A DNA stretch of 64,000 nt from Myxococcota bacterium (GTDB lineage: Bacteria; Myxococcota_A; UBA796; CAJQPC01). The notes under the pieces were generated by a model, which worked only from the letters and a program-made list of their open reading frames with translations, did no database searches and had not been told where the DNA came from. The DNA is taken from NCBI GenBank assembly GCA_036229005.1, contig JAZAMN010000004.1, positions 1-64,000 on the forward strand, given 5' to 3'. How positions within the stretch are numbered: position 1 is the stretch's first letter; each line of letters begins with the position of its first letter. Shown piece after piece: positions 19,161 through 28,982 of this stretch. Position numbers and translations under genes: made by a program.

Positions 19161-20954
19161 TCAGATCTGGTCGTAGCGGGTCTGGCGGCGCAGCAGGGTG
19201 CCCTCGGAGCCGGTGCCCACCAGCACGCCGGTGGCGCCGCGCTCGATCTGGGCGGCGTTGGCCTCGTCGGTGTCGATGTGCATCTCCAGCTTGTAGCTGT
19301 CCTTCACGCGGATCATGACGTCGCCGAAGGTCAGGTCGCGGCCGTCGCTGGGGATGCGCACGTCCACGATGTCGCCGTGCTTGACGCCGTAGCGCTCGGC
19401 GTCGGCGGGGGTCATGTGGATGTGCCGCCAGGCGCAGATCAGGCCCTCCTGGAGGGTGAGCGTGCCGGCGGGGCCCTTGAGGGTGATGCCGGGGGTGTTG
19501 GCGACGTCGCCGCTGGCCCGGATGGGGGCGTCGATGCCCAGGAAGAACTCGTCGGTGCGGCTGACCTCGACCTGGCACTTGGGGCGCACGGGACCGAGCA
19601 CGCGCACGCCCTCGATGTTGCGCTTGGGGCCCACCAGGGTGAGCTTCTCTTCGCAGGCGAACTGTCCGGGCTGGGACAGCGGGGAGCGGGGGGTGAGGGT
19701 GTGGCCGGGGCCAAACAGGAGCTCCACGGCCTCCTGGGTCAGGTGGATGTGCCGGGCGCTGACGCCGATGGGGATGGGCGGCGCGGGCTCGAGCTTGTCC
19801 ATCTCCTGGGCGATGCGGGCGGTGTCGCGGGCGATCGCGCGGGCCTCGTCGGTCTTGGCGACCAGCAGGCGCACCCGGCCTCCGGGCTGGCAGATCTCGA
19901 CCACGGGGTTGTCCCGGTCGACCTTGGCGTCGCGGTTGCGGTCTTCGTCCAGGCGGGCGCCCAGGAAGTCCAGGCGCTGCAGGACGCGGTGGCGCACCAG
20001 GGCGGAGTTCTCGCCGATTCCAGCGGTGAACACGATGGCGTCGACCCCGCCCATGACCGCCGCGTAGGCGCCGATGTACTTGCGCAGGCGGTGGGCGAGG
20101 ACCTGGATCGCCAGGCGGGCCTGCTCGTCGCCCTGGGCCGCCCGCTCCTCGATGTCGCGCATGTCGTTGCCGGCGCCGGAGAGGCCCTGTAGACCGGACT
20201 GGCGGTTCAGCAGGTGGTCCACCTCCTCGACGCTCTTGCCCTGCCGCAGCAGGTCCAGGATCACGCCCGGGTCGAGGTCACCGGAGCGCGTCCCCATGAC
20301 CAGCCCCTCCAGGGGGGTGTGGCCCATGGAGGTCTCCACGGAGCGCCCGTACTCGATGGCCGCGACGCTGGCGCCGTTGCCCAGGTGGCAGGTGATCAGC
20401 CGCAGCTCCCGCAGGGGGAAGTCCATGAACTCGGCTGCGCGCATGGCCACGTAGTGGTGGCTGGGGCCGTGGAAGCCGTAGCGGCGGTAGCCCAGCTCCT
20501 GGGGGATCGCGTAGGCCTGCGCGCGGCGGGGCAGGGTGTTGTGGAAGGCCGTGTCGAACACGGCGATGTGGGGGATGTCCGGGAGCAGGCGCAGGGCCCC
20601 GCGGATGCCGGCCAGGTTGGCGGGGATGTGCAGAGGCGCGAGGTCCGAGAGGGCGGCGATCTGCTCGACGATCGTGGCGTCGATGCGCACAGGCCGGGTG
20701 AAGTCCGGGCCGCCGTGGACGACCCGGTGGCCGACGGCGTCGATCTCGTGGACGGCGAGCTTGGGGAGGGCGGCCTCCAGCACGGCGGCGTGATCGGCCC
20801 CGGGCATCTCGACCACCTGGCCGTCCAGGCTGTACTGGGCGCCGTCGGTGCAGAGGCGCTCTGCGCTGAGCTTGGCCTTGCGGTCCCCCGTCCTGGGGTC
20901 CAGCAGGTCGATCTTGAGGCTGGAGCTGCCAGCGTTGAGGACCAGGATCTGCAT
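19161..20954 (-). CDS. ackA: Acetate/propionate kinase fused to PduL-type phosphotransacylase
   Basis: AckA motifs 'ILVLNAGSSSLK', 'GHRVVHGG', 'RRYGFHG', 'HLGNGAS', 'FTAGIGENS'; PduL motifs 'SARHIHL', 'LSQPGQFA', 'RHIHMTP', 'MHIDTDEANA'. Confidence 0.92.
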   Translation of the reverse strand: MQILVLNAGSSSLKIDLLDPRTGDRKAKLSAERLCTDGAQYSLDGQVVEMPGADHAAVLEAALPKLAVHEIDAVGHRVVHGGPDFTRPVRIDATIVEQIAALSDLAPLHIPANLAGIRGALRLLPDIPHIAVFDTAFHNTLPRRAQAYAIPQELGYRRYGFHGPSHHYVAMRAAEFMDFPLRELRLITCHLGNGASVAAIEYGRSVETSMGHTPLEGLVMGTRSGDLDPGVILDLLRQGKSVEEVDHLLNRQSGLQGLSGAGNDMRDIEERAAQGDEQARLAIQVLAHRLRKYIGAYAAVMGGVDAIVFTAGIGENSALVRHRVLQRLDFLGARLDEDRNRDAKVDRDNPVVEICQPGGRVRLLVAKTDEARAIARDTARIAQEMDKLEPAPPIPIGVSARHIHLTQEAVELLFGPGHTLTPRSPLSQPGQFACEEKLTLVGPKRNIEGVRVLGPVRPKCQVEVSRTDEFFLGIDAPIRASGDVANTPGITLKGPAGTLTLQEGLICAWRHIHMTPADAERYGVKHGDIVDVRIPSDGRDLTFGDVMIRVKDSYKLEMHIDTDEANAAQIERGATGVLVGTGSEGTLLRRQTRYDQI

Positions 20955-21078
20955 GGGTCGATCTCCCGTGGATGCTGTCTCCTCTAACGCTCGCGGGACC
21001 CCGGCCCAGGCGATGGTGGACAAGGACTCAAGTCTGTCGCGTTGGTGGCGATGATCCTCCCAGAACGGAGGACTGCGC

Positions 21079-22296
21079 ATGTCGATCGCAGCGGAGCCGC
21101 AGACAGCAGTGGACGGTCTGACTCAAGCCAAGCGCTTCCGGGCGGCGGGGAAGCCCCAACAGGCGCTCGAAGCGATCGAGGTCTTCCTGCAGGGCGAGCC
21201 CGAGCACCTGGAGGGCCTGTGTGTGCGCAGCCTGTCCAAGTGTGATCTGGGGCGCGTGGACGAGGCGGTGGATGAGCTCTACGACGCCATGTTCATCGAC
21301 GGCGAAGACCCCGGCGTGCTGGGCGCGCTGGCCGACTGCATGCGCGCCCGCGCGGAGCCGGACACGGCCATCTGCTACTACGATCAGGCGCTGGACGGCA
21401 GCCCCGATGACGCGGCGCTCAAGTGGCGGCGGGCCCTGTGCCTGTTGACCGACAACCAGATCCAGCAGGGGATGGCGGCTCTGGCGGACGGCTGGGTGCA
21501 GATGTTCACCGAGCGGGGTGGGGTCCTGGCCGACATGCCGAGCTGGACCGGTGGCCCTGTCGAGGACAAGCGGGTGCTGATCCACCCGGACCCCTACATC
21601 GGCAACACCCTCCAGTTCCTGCGCTTTGTCCGCGATCTCAAGGCGGCCGGCGCGACCGCGTGCATGGCCCCCAGCCCGGACCTGGAGCTGCTGGTGGCCG
21701 ACCTGGGGGTCGAGTTCAGCACCCAGGCGGACCTGCAGGTCTCCCTGATGGCCATCCCCGGCCTGCTCGGCCTCAGCGAGTCGGATCTGGGCTCCGAGCC
21801 CTACCTGCGCGCCGAGGTCAAGGGCCTGATCTCCGGAGAGGGCCGCCACATCGGCATCTCCTGGCGGGGCAGCCCCGAGGAGCCCGCCGACACCTTCAAG
21901 GCCCCGCCGCTCTCGGAGTTTGGGCCGATCGCCGGCCTGGAGGGGATCTCGTTGTGGCGGATGCAGCCCCAAGGGGACCCCGAAGAGCTCGAAGCGGCCG
22001 GCTTCGCACCCAAGGCGCCCCCTGTGGACCTGCGCGCGAAGGAGGCTCCGCTGGCCGCCATCGCGAGCATGGTGCAGGAGCTGGACGCCGTGGTGACCGC
22101 CGACACCGAGCTGGCCCACCTGGCCGGTGCGCTGGGGGTGCGCGCGCTGCTGGTGCTGCCCGCATCCTGTAGCTGGCGCTGGATGTACTGGCGCGAGGAC
22201 AGCCCCTGGTACCCCTCGGTGACGCTGGTGCGCCAGAACGTCGCCGGCGAGTGGTCCCCGGTGTTCAAGAAGGTGGCCGAGCTGCTGCAGAGCTGA
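21079..22296 (+). CDS. TPR-repeat protein with C-terminal glycosyltransferase family 9-like domain
   Basis: N-terminal TPR-like helices; 'IGNTLQFLRFV', 'IGISWRGSP', 'LDAVVTADTELAHLAGALG', 'WRW..REDSPWYPSVTLVRQ'. Confidence 0.85.
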   Translation: MSIAAEPQTAVDGLTQAKRFRAAGKPQQALEAIEVFLQGEPEHLEGLCVRSLSKCDLGRVDEAVDELYDAMFIDGEDPGVLGALADCMRARAEPDTAICYYDQALDGSPDDAALKWRRALCLLTDNQIQQGMAALADGWVQMFTERGGVLADMPSWTGGPVEDKRVLIHPDPYIGNTLQFLRFVRDLKAAGATACMAPSPDLELLVADLGVEFSTQADLQVSLMAIPGLLGLSESDLGSEPYLRAEVKGLISGEGRHIGISWRGSPEEPADTFKAPPLSEFGPIAGLEGISLWRMQPQGDPEELEAAGFAPKAPPVDLRAKEAPLAAIASMVQELDAVVTADTELAHLAGALGVRALLVLPASCSWRWMYWREDSPWYPSVTLVRQNVAGEWSPVFKKVAELLQS

Positions 22297-22312
22297 GCGC
22301 TCCGCCCGGGGT

Positions 22313-23653
22313 TCAGAAGATGCCACCCCCGCTGTCCTTGCGGGGGACGCTCGTGCTGGGCGCTGCCGGCCGGATGGGATCCTCCCGCCGCTGGTTTGCG
22401 GCCTTGGGCATCTCGTAGCGCTCGAAGCCCAGGTTCTGCCCGGCGATAAGCTCGGTGGGCAGCACGCCGTCGATCACGCTCATGTGCATCTCCTTGATGT
22501 CCTCGAGCGCGCCGTCCACCGCCAGCTCCCGCTGCTGGGTGAGCTCGGTGCGGTGCAGGCTGTCCACGTCGTCGCCGCGCAGGCCCAGGGCCTCGGAGAT
22601 GTTGAGCAGCTCCTTCTCGGCCTCCTCGTGCTCCAGGGCCAGGGTGCCTGTGCGCGCGGCCAGCAGGTCGCTGGCAAAGAGCACGCGGGCCAGGCCCACG
22701 TAGGGCGTGGGGTCCCGCAGGGGCGCCAGCCCGTCCAGCGACTCCTGGGTGATGTCCTTGCGCGTGCCGCCGCTGAACTGCAGGGGCAGCAGGGTGGTCA
22801 GGTTGGCGTAGAGCTCCTCGCCGCTGCGCTGCCGCACGACCAGCCCGGGGTCGGCGCCCTGGATGGTCAAGGGCTGCTCGGCCAGCATGTAGACCACGTT
22901 GCGGGGGCCTTCGCCGTTGAACACCGAGAGCCGCATCGGCACCACGGGGTCCTCGCTGGTGAACCGAAAGCCCATCCCCTGTACGTGCCCGTCAAAGCTG
23001 GAGCCTGCGGGGCGCTCCATCGGGGCGCTCCGCATGCCGGGGTGGGGCACGGCACCCTGGTTGCCCCCCACCTTCGCCTTCACCGCGACAAAGCACCACT
23101 TGTCCTGCACGTAGTCGCCCACCACGTCGTCCATGCCGTCCGGGTAGCGGTAGCCGTTGTCCTCCATCCACCGGGCCAGAGCCTTGGGCGAGCCGGCCTC
23201 GAGCACGGCCACCTGGTACATGCCGACGGCCTCCTCCTTGACCACGTTGACCTCGTTTATGGCCAGGCCCTCTTCGGCCTCAGAGCGCGCCATGGGCATG
23301 CTGGGCAGCACCATGTCGTCGAACTCCTGGTAGAGCATGTAGGGGTCGTAGATGTGGACCTGGACCTGGGGTGGGTCGATGGCCGCCTCGATCTGGGCGA
23401 AGGTGTCGTCGTCGATCTTGCGGATGGCCGGCACGCTGGGGAAGGGGATGAGCATGCCGAAGTGCTCGACGTCCCCGACAAACCCGGGGCGCAGGACCAT
23501 GGTCTCCACGCCGCGGCTGTGCATGACATAGGTGCGCTGGGCGCCGTCCCGCTGGAGCTGGCTGCCCATGTCCAGGTTCAGCGGGGGCACCATGCCGCAG
23601 GGGTCGGCGGTGACGGGCGCGATCAGCGAGAGCAGCAGGGCAAGGGGTGTCAT
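22313..23653 (-). CDS. DUF2330-like exported protein (paralog 2)
   Basis: Signal peptide then 'DPCGMVPP'; 'VGMYQVAVL...ALARWMEDNGY', 'YV..KWCFVAVK', 'PVVPMRL'. Confidence 0.7.
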   Translation of the reverse strand: MTPLALLLSLIAPVTADPCGMVPPLNLDMGSQLQRDGAQRTYVMHSRGVETMVLRPGFVGDVEHFGMLIPFPSVPAIRKIDDDTFAQIEAAIDPPQVQVHIYDPYMLYQEFDDMVLPSMPMARSEAEEGLAINEVNVVKEEAVGMYQVAVLEAGSPKALARWMEDNGYRYPDGMDDVVGDYVQDKWCFVAVKAKVGGNQGAVPHPGMRSAPMERPAGSSFDGHVQGMGFRFTSEDPVVPMRLSVFNGEGPRNVVYMLAEQPLTIQGADPGLVVRQRSGEELYANLTTLLPLQFSGGTRKDITQESLDGLAPLRDPTPYVGLARVLFASDLLAARTGTLALEHEEAEKELLNISEALGLRGDDVDSLHRTELTQQRELAVDGALEDIKEMHMSVIDGVLPTELIAGQNLGFERYEMPKAANQRREDPIRPAAPSTSVPRKDSGGGIF

Positions 23654-24984
23654 CAGCGACCTCGGTTGCGGTAGAGCACCACGCGCGGTGCCTGGGGGCG
23701 GATCTCGTCCATGCGCTCTTCGTTGCGCTGGGCGGGCATGGTGTAGGCGGAGAAGCCCAGGTTCTGGCTCTGGAGCAGGGCGTGGGGGAACACGCCGTCC
23801 AGCACGGTCATGTGCATCTCCTTCACGTCATCCAGGGCGCCATCCACAGCTCGGGCGCGGGCGTCGGCCAACCCCTGTCCGTGCAGGGCGTCGATCTCGG
23901 GGCCGCGCAGGTTCAGGGCCTCGGAGATGTTGAGCAGCTCCTTCTCGGCCTCTTCGTGGGCCAGGGCCAGCTCCCCGGTACGCACGGCGAGCAGGTCGCT
24001 GGCGAACAGGTCCCGCGCGATGCCGTTGTAGAGCGCCGGGTCCCGCTGGGGCTCCAGGGCGGGGAGCTGCTCCTGCACGTCCTTGGCCTCGCCGCCCATG
24101 AAGCGCTGGGGGATGGGCTGGGTCAGGTGCCCGTAGAGCTCTTGGCCAGGGACCTGCCGCACGACCAGGTCGGTGGGGGCGCCGTCGATCCGCACGGGCT
24201 GCTCGGTGAGCATGTAGACCACGTTCCGCGGCTCCTTCCCGTTGAACACCGACAGGCGCATGGGGACCACGGGCTCGGGGGTCTCGAAGCGGAAGCCCAT
24301 GCCCTGCACGAAGCCCTCGAAGCTGGAGCCCTGGGGGCGGTCGTGCTGCACGCTGCGCTGCCCGGGGTGGGGGGAGACGCCGGGGGCCTGGCCCACCTTG
24401 GCCTTGACCGCCACGAAGCACCAGCGGCTGTCCACGTAGTCCTGGACCACCGCGTCCATGCCCTCGGGGTAGCGGTAGCCGTTGTCCTCCATCCAGCGCG
24501 CCAGGGCCTTGGGGGAGCCGGCCTCCAGGACGGCCACCTGGTACATGCCCATGGCCTCCTCCTTCACCACGTTGACCTCGTTGTAGGCCAGCGGTGCCTC
24601 CTCCATCTCGGGGGCCGCGGTGCTCTTGGTTGCAGCCGGGAAGCGCCCCCCACCCCGGGCCATCTCCAGCACCATCGGATCCAGGATCTGGATGTCCATC
24701 GTGGGCGGGTCCACGGCGGCCTCGATGTGGGCGAAGGTCTGGTCGTCGATCTTGCGGATCGCCGGCACGCTGGGGAAGGGGATCAGCATGCCGAAGTCGT
24801 CCACGCTCCCCGTGAAGCCCGGCCGCAGCGCCAGGGTCTGGATCCCGCGGCTGTGCATGACGTAGGTGCGCTGGGCGCCGTCCCGCTGGAGCACGCCTGG
24901 GCCCACGTCCACGTTGAGCGGGGGCACCATGCCGCAGGGGTCGGCGTCGGCCAGCGAGGCCAGCAAGAGAAGGGCTGCAATCAT
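23653..24984 (-). CDS. DUF2330-like exported protein (paralog 1)
   Basis: Same motifs as the neighbour with long identical stretches; TGATG overlap with the downstream paralog. Confidence 0.7.
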   Translation of the reverse strand: MIAALLLLASLADADPCGMVPPLNVDVGPGVLQRDGAQRTYVMHSRGIQTLALRPGFTGSVDDFGMLIPFPSVPAIRKIDDQTFAHIEAAVDPPTMDIQILDPMVLEMARGGGRFPAATKSTAAPEMEEAPLAYNEVNVVKEEAMGMYQVAVLEAGSPKALARWMEDNGYRYPEGMDAVVQDYVDSRWCFVAVKAKVGQAPGVSPHPGQRSVQHDRPQGSSFEGFVQGMGFRFETPEPVVPMRLSVFNGKEPRNVVYMLTEQPVRIDGAPTDLVVRQVPGQELYGHLTQPIPQRFMGGEAKDVQEQLPALEPQRDPALYNGIARDLFASDLLAVRTGELALAHEEAEKELLNISEALNLRGPEIDALHGQGLADARARAVDGALDDVKEMHMTVLDGVFPHALLQSQNLGFSAYTMPAQRNEERMDEIRPQAPRVVLYRNRGR

Positions 24985-25163
24985 GGGGTGCCTCCGGTCT
25001 CCGCGGGCCATTCCTGCTCCGCGAACTTGATTCGGATCTGCAGCAGGCCGGGGCCGCTGCTCTGTCCATCGCTCAGCCAGACCTCGCCGTAGTCGGTCCA
25101 GCCATCCACTCCAGGTTCAAGGACCGCGAACCACGGTCCGGCAACAAAGTGCACGCCCTCCAG

Positions 25164-25784
25164 TCACCACCGGGTCCAGAGGTGGGCCAGCCCGACGCGC
25201 TTGGCCTTGCCTCCGGTCTCCAGGTGGCCCAGGCTGGTGGTGCCCTTGAAGCTCAGGTGCTGCTTCTCCCACAGCGGGAACTCCGTCGCCGGCAGCCAGG
25301 TGCGCACCGAGCCGTCCTCGGCCAGCAGGCGCATCTCCATGGTCACGCGGTCGCGGCCCAGCTCCTGGTGCAGAAAGCGCGCGTGCTCCTGGTCCAGCCC
25401 CGGAGTCCCGTGCTCGGCGACAAAGTCCCGCGTGTCGTGCAGGTAGAACAGCAGGGTCTCGATCTCCTCGGTCGCCTGGCCCACCGGCTGGGTGTTCCAC
25501 TCCGCCATCAGGTGCGGGATCAGCTCCGCCTCCAGGCTGTGGTGGTCCGCGGGATCCGGCGCCGAGCAGCTCGCCGCGCACGCGATCCGGCCGGCGTTGG
25601 TGTCTTTGGGGGAGGAGATGAGGATGGGGAGCGGGTCCCCGGGTGTGTACGCGTCGGGGTCCCAATCCTCCAGGTGGACGATTGGCGGGAGCTCCTCTGC
25701 ACCCCTTGGCGCCGGCGAGGTCACCGGTGCCGCAACCGACGGGTCCGCCTGCAGGCACCCCAGCAGCAGGGGGAGCAGGCTCAT
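25164..25784 (-). CDS. Hypothetical lipoprotein (206 aa) with CxxxC motif
   Basis: 'MSLLPLLLGC' lipobox; ATGA overlap with upstream gene; 'IACAASCS'. Confidence 0.75.
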   Translation of the reverse strand: MSLLPLLLGCLQADPSVAAPVTSPAPRGAEELPPIVHLEDWDPDAYTPGDPLPILISSPKDTNAGRIACAASCSAPDPADHHSLEAELIPHLMAEWNTQPVGQATEEIETLLFYLHDTRDFVAEHGTPGLDQEHARFLHQELGRDRVTMEMRLLAEDGSVRTWLPATEFPLWEKQHLSFKGTTSLGHLETGGKAKRVGLAHLWTRW

Positions 25785-26875
25785 CGCAGCCCCTTCACCT
25801 GGCCCAGCAGGCTCTGGTACTTGTCCTCGTCCTTGACGCCCTGCTCGGCCAGGATGCGCTCCAGCGCCTGCTTGCCGGCCGCGTTGCCGTACTGGACCAG
25901 CAGCGCGTTGGTGTCCTGGTTGGGCCAGTCCATGCCGGCGGGGCGGTGCAGGTTGATGGACTGCAGGTTGTTGTAGATCTGCTGCTTCTCCTGCACCAGG
26001 CCCATGCGGTCGCAGTACAGGTGCCAGGCCACCAGGTGGCCCACCAGCACCTGGGCCTCCTTCTTCTGCCACTGGAGGCTGGGCACGTAGAGCGCGCCGC
26101 CCTGCCACAGGACCTTGTCGGCGCCCGGGGTGTAGGCGTAGGCCTTGGCGATCTCCATGTGCAGAGAGTCGTCCTGCCCCAGGGTGCCCAGGAAGCCGGC
26201 CGCCATGCGCCGCGCGTTGTTGTCGGCGTGGTGGAACATCACGTCCAGCAGAGGGGCGGGCCCGCCGGCCAGCACCACGGGGGCCAGGGGCTCGGTCAGG
26301 TCCGGGTTCTGGGACATGGCCACCAGGGCGGCGCCGATGTCCTGGAGGCTGTCGCTGCGCGCCTCCACCTGCAGGCGGATGGGGCGCTTGAGTGCCGGGT
26401 ACTGCTGGGCCATGGAGGCCTTGCCCATCACGCAGTCCAGATCCGCGCAGCGGTTGATGATCGCGGCGCCTGCCCAGGTGCGGACCAGCTCCGGCGCGGC
26501 CCCGTACTGGTAGATGCCATCCAGCGCGGTGTCGGCTTCGGCGCCGGGGATCTGCTGGAGCGCGGTGATCGCCCAGCCCCGCGCACCGATGTCCTCGCCG
26601 TGCAGGGCGATGTCCCGCAGAGTGGGGACCGCCGCGGGGCCCATGGCGGTGAGCTTGGATGCTGCAGCCTCCGCGGTCTCCGCCTCCTCCAGCGCGCTGA
26701 CCAGACCCTGCAGATCCTCGGGGACGCTCACCACCTCGACCAGCGGCCGGGGCGGGGGAGGGGGCGGGTCCTTCTGGGTGAGCTCCGGGAGCGCCGTGCG
26801 CTGGGCCTGGGTGTCCTGGATCACATCGGTGCTCGCCTTGGTGCAGGCGAATCCGATCATCAGGGAGAGCAGCAT
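25781..26875 (-). CDS. HEAT-repeat-like helical lipoprotein
   Basis: 'GFAC' lipobox, Pro-rich linker, 'LTAMGPAAVPTL', 'ARGWAITALQQI', 'ARRMAAGFLGTL' HEAT-like units. Confidence 0.7.
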   Translation of the reverse strand: MLLSLMIGFACTKASTDVIQDTQAQRTALPELTQKDPPPPPPRPLVEVVSVPEDLQGLVSALEEAETAEAAASKLTAMGPAAVPTLRDIALHGEDIGARGWAITALQQIPGAEADTALDGIYQYGAAPELVRTWAGAAIINRCADLDCVMGKASMAQQYPALKRPIRLQVEARSDSLQDIGAALVAMSQNPDLTEPLAPVVLAGGPAPLLDVMFHHADNNARRMAAGFLGTLGQDDSLHMEIAKAYAYTPGADKVLWQGGALYVPSLQWQKKEAQVLVGHLVAWHLYCDRMGLVQEKQQIYNNLQSINLHRPAGMDWPNQDTNALLVQYGNAAGKQALERILAEQGVKDEDKYQSLLGQVKGLR

Positions 26876-26961
26876 GGGGACTCCTGTGTGCGCGTCGTTG
26901 GGAGGAACGCGCCGACTGCCCGCGAGCTTACAACCCGAGGCCGGCAAGATACGCAGGGGGC

Positions 26962-28368
26962 ATGTGGATCTTCACCGCGAGCCTGTTCACGGGCCTGTTG
27001 AGCGCCTGCACGACCCCCGAGCCGGCGGGCGCCGACCATGACCTCTTCGGCGCCGGGCAGGCAAGCGCCCTGGTCACCGCGCCCGCTGGGGGAGGCGGCT
27101 TGGGCAGCGCCTGGGTCGTGGGCACCGGCGCGCTGCAGCCCCTGACCCTGGAAGGAGGCATCCAGGACCTCTTCTGGGCCGGCGACGTGGACCGCGACGG
27201 GCGCTGGGAGCTCCTGGTCCAGAGCCAGGACCGGCTGCACCTGGCCCGGGTCGGTGCGCAGGGCCTGGAGCTCATTGGCCCCGCCGCCCCCGGCAGCCAC
27301 GCGGTGTACGGAGACGTCGACGGGGACGGGCACAGCGACCAGCTCTTCCTGGCCCCCGGCGGCCTGATGTTCGCGCGCTCCGGGGCCGTGGATCAGGCGG
27401 TCCCGGTGGAGGCCCCCAGCGGCCTGATGGCCATGGAGCTGGGCGATCTGGACGGCGACGGCCGCGCCGAGTGGGTGGGGCTGGAGCTCCAGCAGGGCCC
27501 CGCGGGGGTTCAGGCCGTGCTGCTCACCCGGGCGGGCACCCGGTCTGGCCTGGGCGATCTGCGCGAGCACCCGCTCCCCACCGCGCAGGTCCCTGCGTGG
27601 ATGCACCTGATGACCCTGGACGGCCAGCCCCGGGTGGTCTTCGGCATGCCCGATGGGCCCCTGGCCTTCTCCTTCCGGGAGGGCAAGCTGCGCCCCGAGC
27701 CCGCCACCGGCCTGCCCCCCGTGGCCACCCGCGAGCTGCTGATCTGGCAGGGACAGCCCCTGAGCTGGCGCGAGGACGGCGTCTATCTGGGCGAGACCCG
27801 CCTGGAGGGCCCCACCCCCGACAGCGGCCTGGTCGTGCGGGATCTGCGGGGTGATGGCCAGCCCATCCTGGTCTGGAGCTCTCGCTCTCGCGGTCAGGTC
27901 GGCGCCCTCGACCCCAGCGGCAAGCTCATCACCGTCGACGCGCCCCCCGAGCCCGCCCCCTTCCCACCGGGGCGCTTGATCCTGGACGCGCAGGGGCAGC
28001 CCTACGTGCAGTGGCGGGAGCGGCTCTTCTCCTTGAGCGGGGAGCTGGAGTGGGAGGGGGCGCCCGTGGCCCGCCTGGACTCTGGGCCCAACCCCCGACA
28101 CCTGGAGACCGAGTGGGGATCTCTGGACTGGACCCCCGCCGGCGAGGTCACCTGGACCGACACCAGCGGCCAGACCCAGGAGGTGCTCCAGGGCACCGGG
28201 GGCGCCATGGACATCGCCGTGCAGGGGAACCAGGGCGTGGCGCTCGGCGTCGCGCAGGGGCGCCTGACCTGGTTCCGCTTCTCGCTGGGGCCCGAGGGCC
28301 CCGGGCTGGCCCAGGAGCAGCCCCCGCCTCTTGGGGGGCTGTCCTTCTTTGGAGCCAGCCTCAGGTAG
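26962..28368 (+). CDS. FG-GAP/VCBS-like repeat lipoprotein
   Basis: LSAC lipobox; repeated 'GDVDRDGRWELL', 'GDVDGDGHSDQL', 'GDLDGDGRAEWV'. Confidence 0.7.
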   Translation: MWIFTASLFTGLLSACTTPEPAGADHDLFGAGQASALVTAPAGGGGLGSAWVVGTGALQPLTLEGGIQDLFWAGDVDRDGRWELLVQSQDRLHLARVGAQGLELIGPAAPGSHAVYGDVDGDGHSDQLFLAPGGLMFARSGAVDQAVPVEAPSGLMAMELGDLDGDGRAEWVGLELQQGPAGVQAVLLTRAGTRSGLGDLREHPLPTAQVPAWMHLMTLDGQPRVVFGMPDGPLAFSFREGKLRPEPATGLPPVATRELLIWQGQPLSWREDGVYLGETRLEGPTPDSGLVVRDLRGDGQPILVWSSRSRGQVGALDPSGKLITVDAPPEPAPFPPGRLILDAQGQPYVQWRERLFSLSGELEWEGAPVARLDSGPNPRHLETEWGSLDWTPAGEVTWTDTSGQTQEVLQGTGGAMDIAVQGNQGVALGVAQGRLTWFRFSLGPEGPGLAQEQPPPLGGLSFFGASLR

Positions 28369-28380
28369 AGGCCACCCCGC

Positions 28381-28875
28381 TCAGTGGTGGTGGGTGCCGT
28401 CGGGGCCGTGGGGGTGGCCGTGGGCCAGCTCCTCACCGGTGGGCTCGCGCACGGACTCGATGCGCCCCTCGAAGGTCAGGGAGCGGCCGGCCAGGGGGTG
28501 GTTGGCGTCCAGGTGGATCAGGTCGCCCTCCACCTTGGTCACGAACACGGGGCCCTCGTTGCCGTTGTTGTCGGTGACCAGGAAGCTCATGCCCTCGAAG
28601 ATCTGTGCGTCCGGCGGGAACATGCTGCGGGGGTAGGGGGTGGGCTCCTCGCCGTTGTGGGGGCCGTAGGCCTGCTCGGGAGCCAGGGTCACGGAGAAGG
28701 TGTCGCCCATGGACTTGCCGGCGATCACGGCCTCCAGGCCGGGCATGATGTTGTGGTGCCCGTGCAGGTAGGGCATGGGCGCGCGATCGCTGGTGTCCTC
28801 CAGGAGCTCGCCGCTCTCGGCGTCCTTGAGCTTGAAGTGGATGAGGACGACCTTTCCGTTCTCGGCGATGGACAT
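28381..28875 (-). CDS. slyD: FKBP-type peptidyl-prolyl isomerase SlyD
   Basis: 'YLHGHHNIMPGLE', 'LAPEQAYG', 'LDANHPLAG', 'REPTGEELAHGHPHG', His-rich tail. Confidence 0.92.
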   Translation of the reverse strand: MSIAENGKVVLIHFKLKDAESGELLEDTSDRAPMPYLHGHHNIMPGLEAVIAGKSMGDTFSVTLAPEQAYGPHNGEEPTPYPRSMFPPDAQIFEGMSFLVTDNNGNEGPVFVTKVEGDLIHLDANHPLAGRSLTFEGRIESVREPTGEELAHGHPHGPDGTHHH

Positions 28876-28982
28876 TCGCTTTCCTTTCTTGGGTGTGCCC
28901 GCCCACGCAGGGGCCGAGCGTAAGAAAGCCGAGGCGTCGAAATGAAGCCTCGGCCGTCTGGGTTCTTCAGGGGGATGAGACG

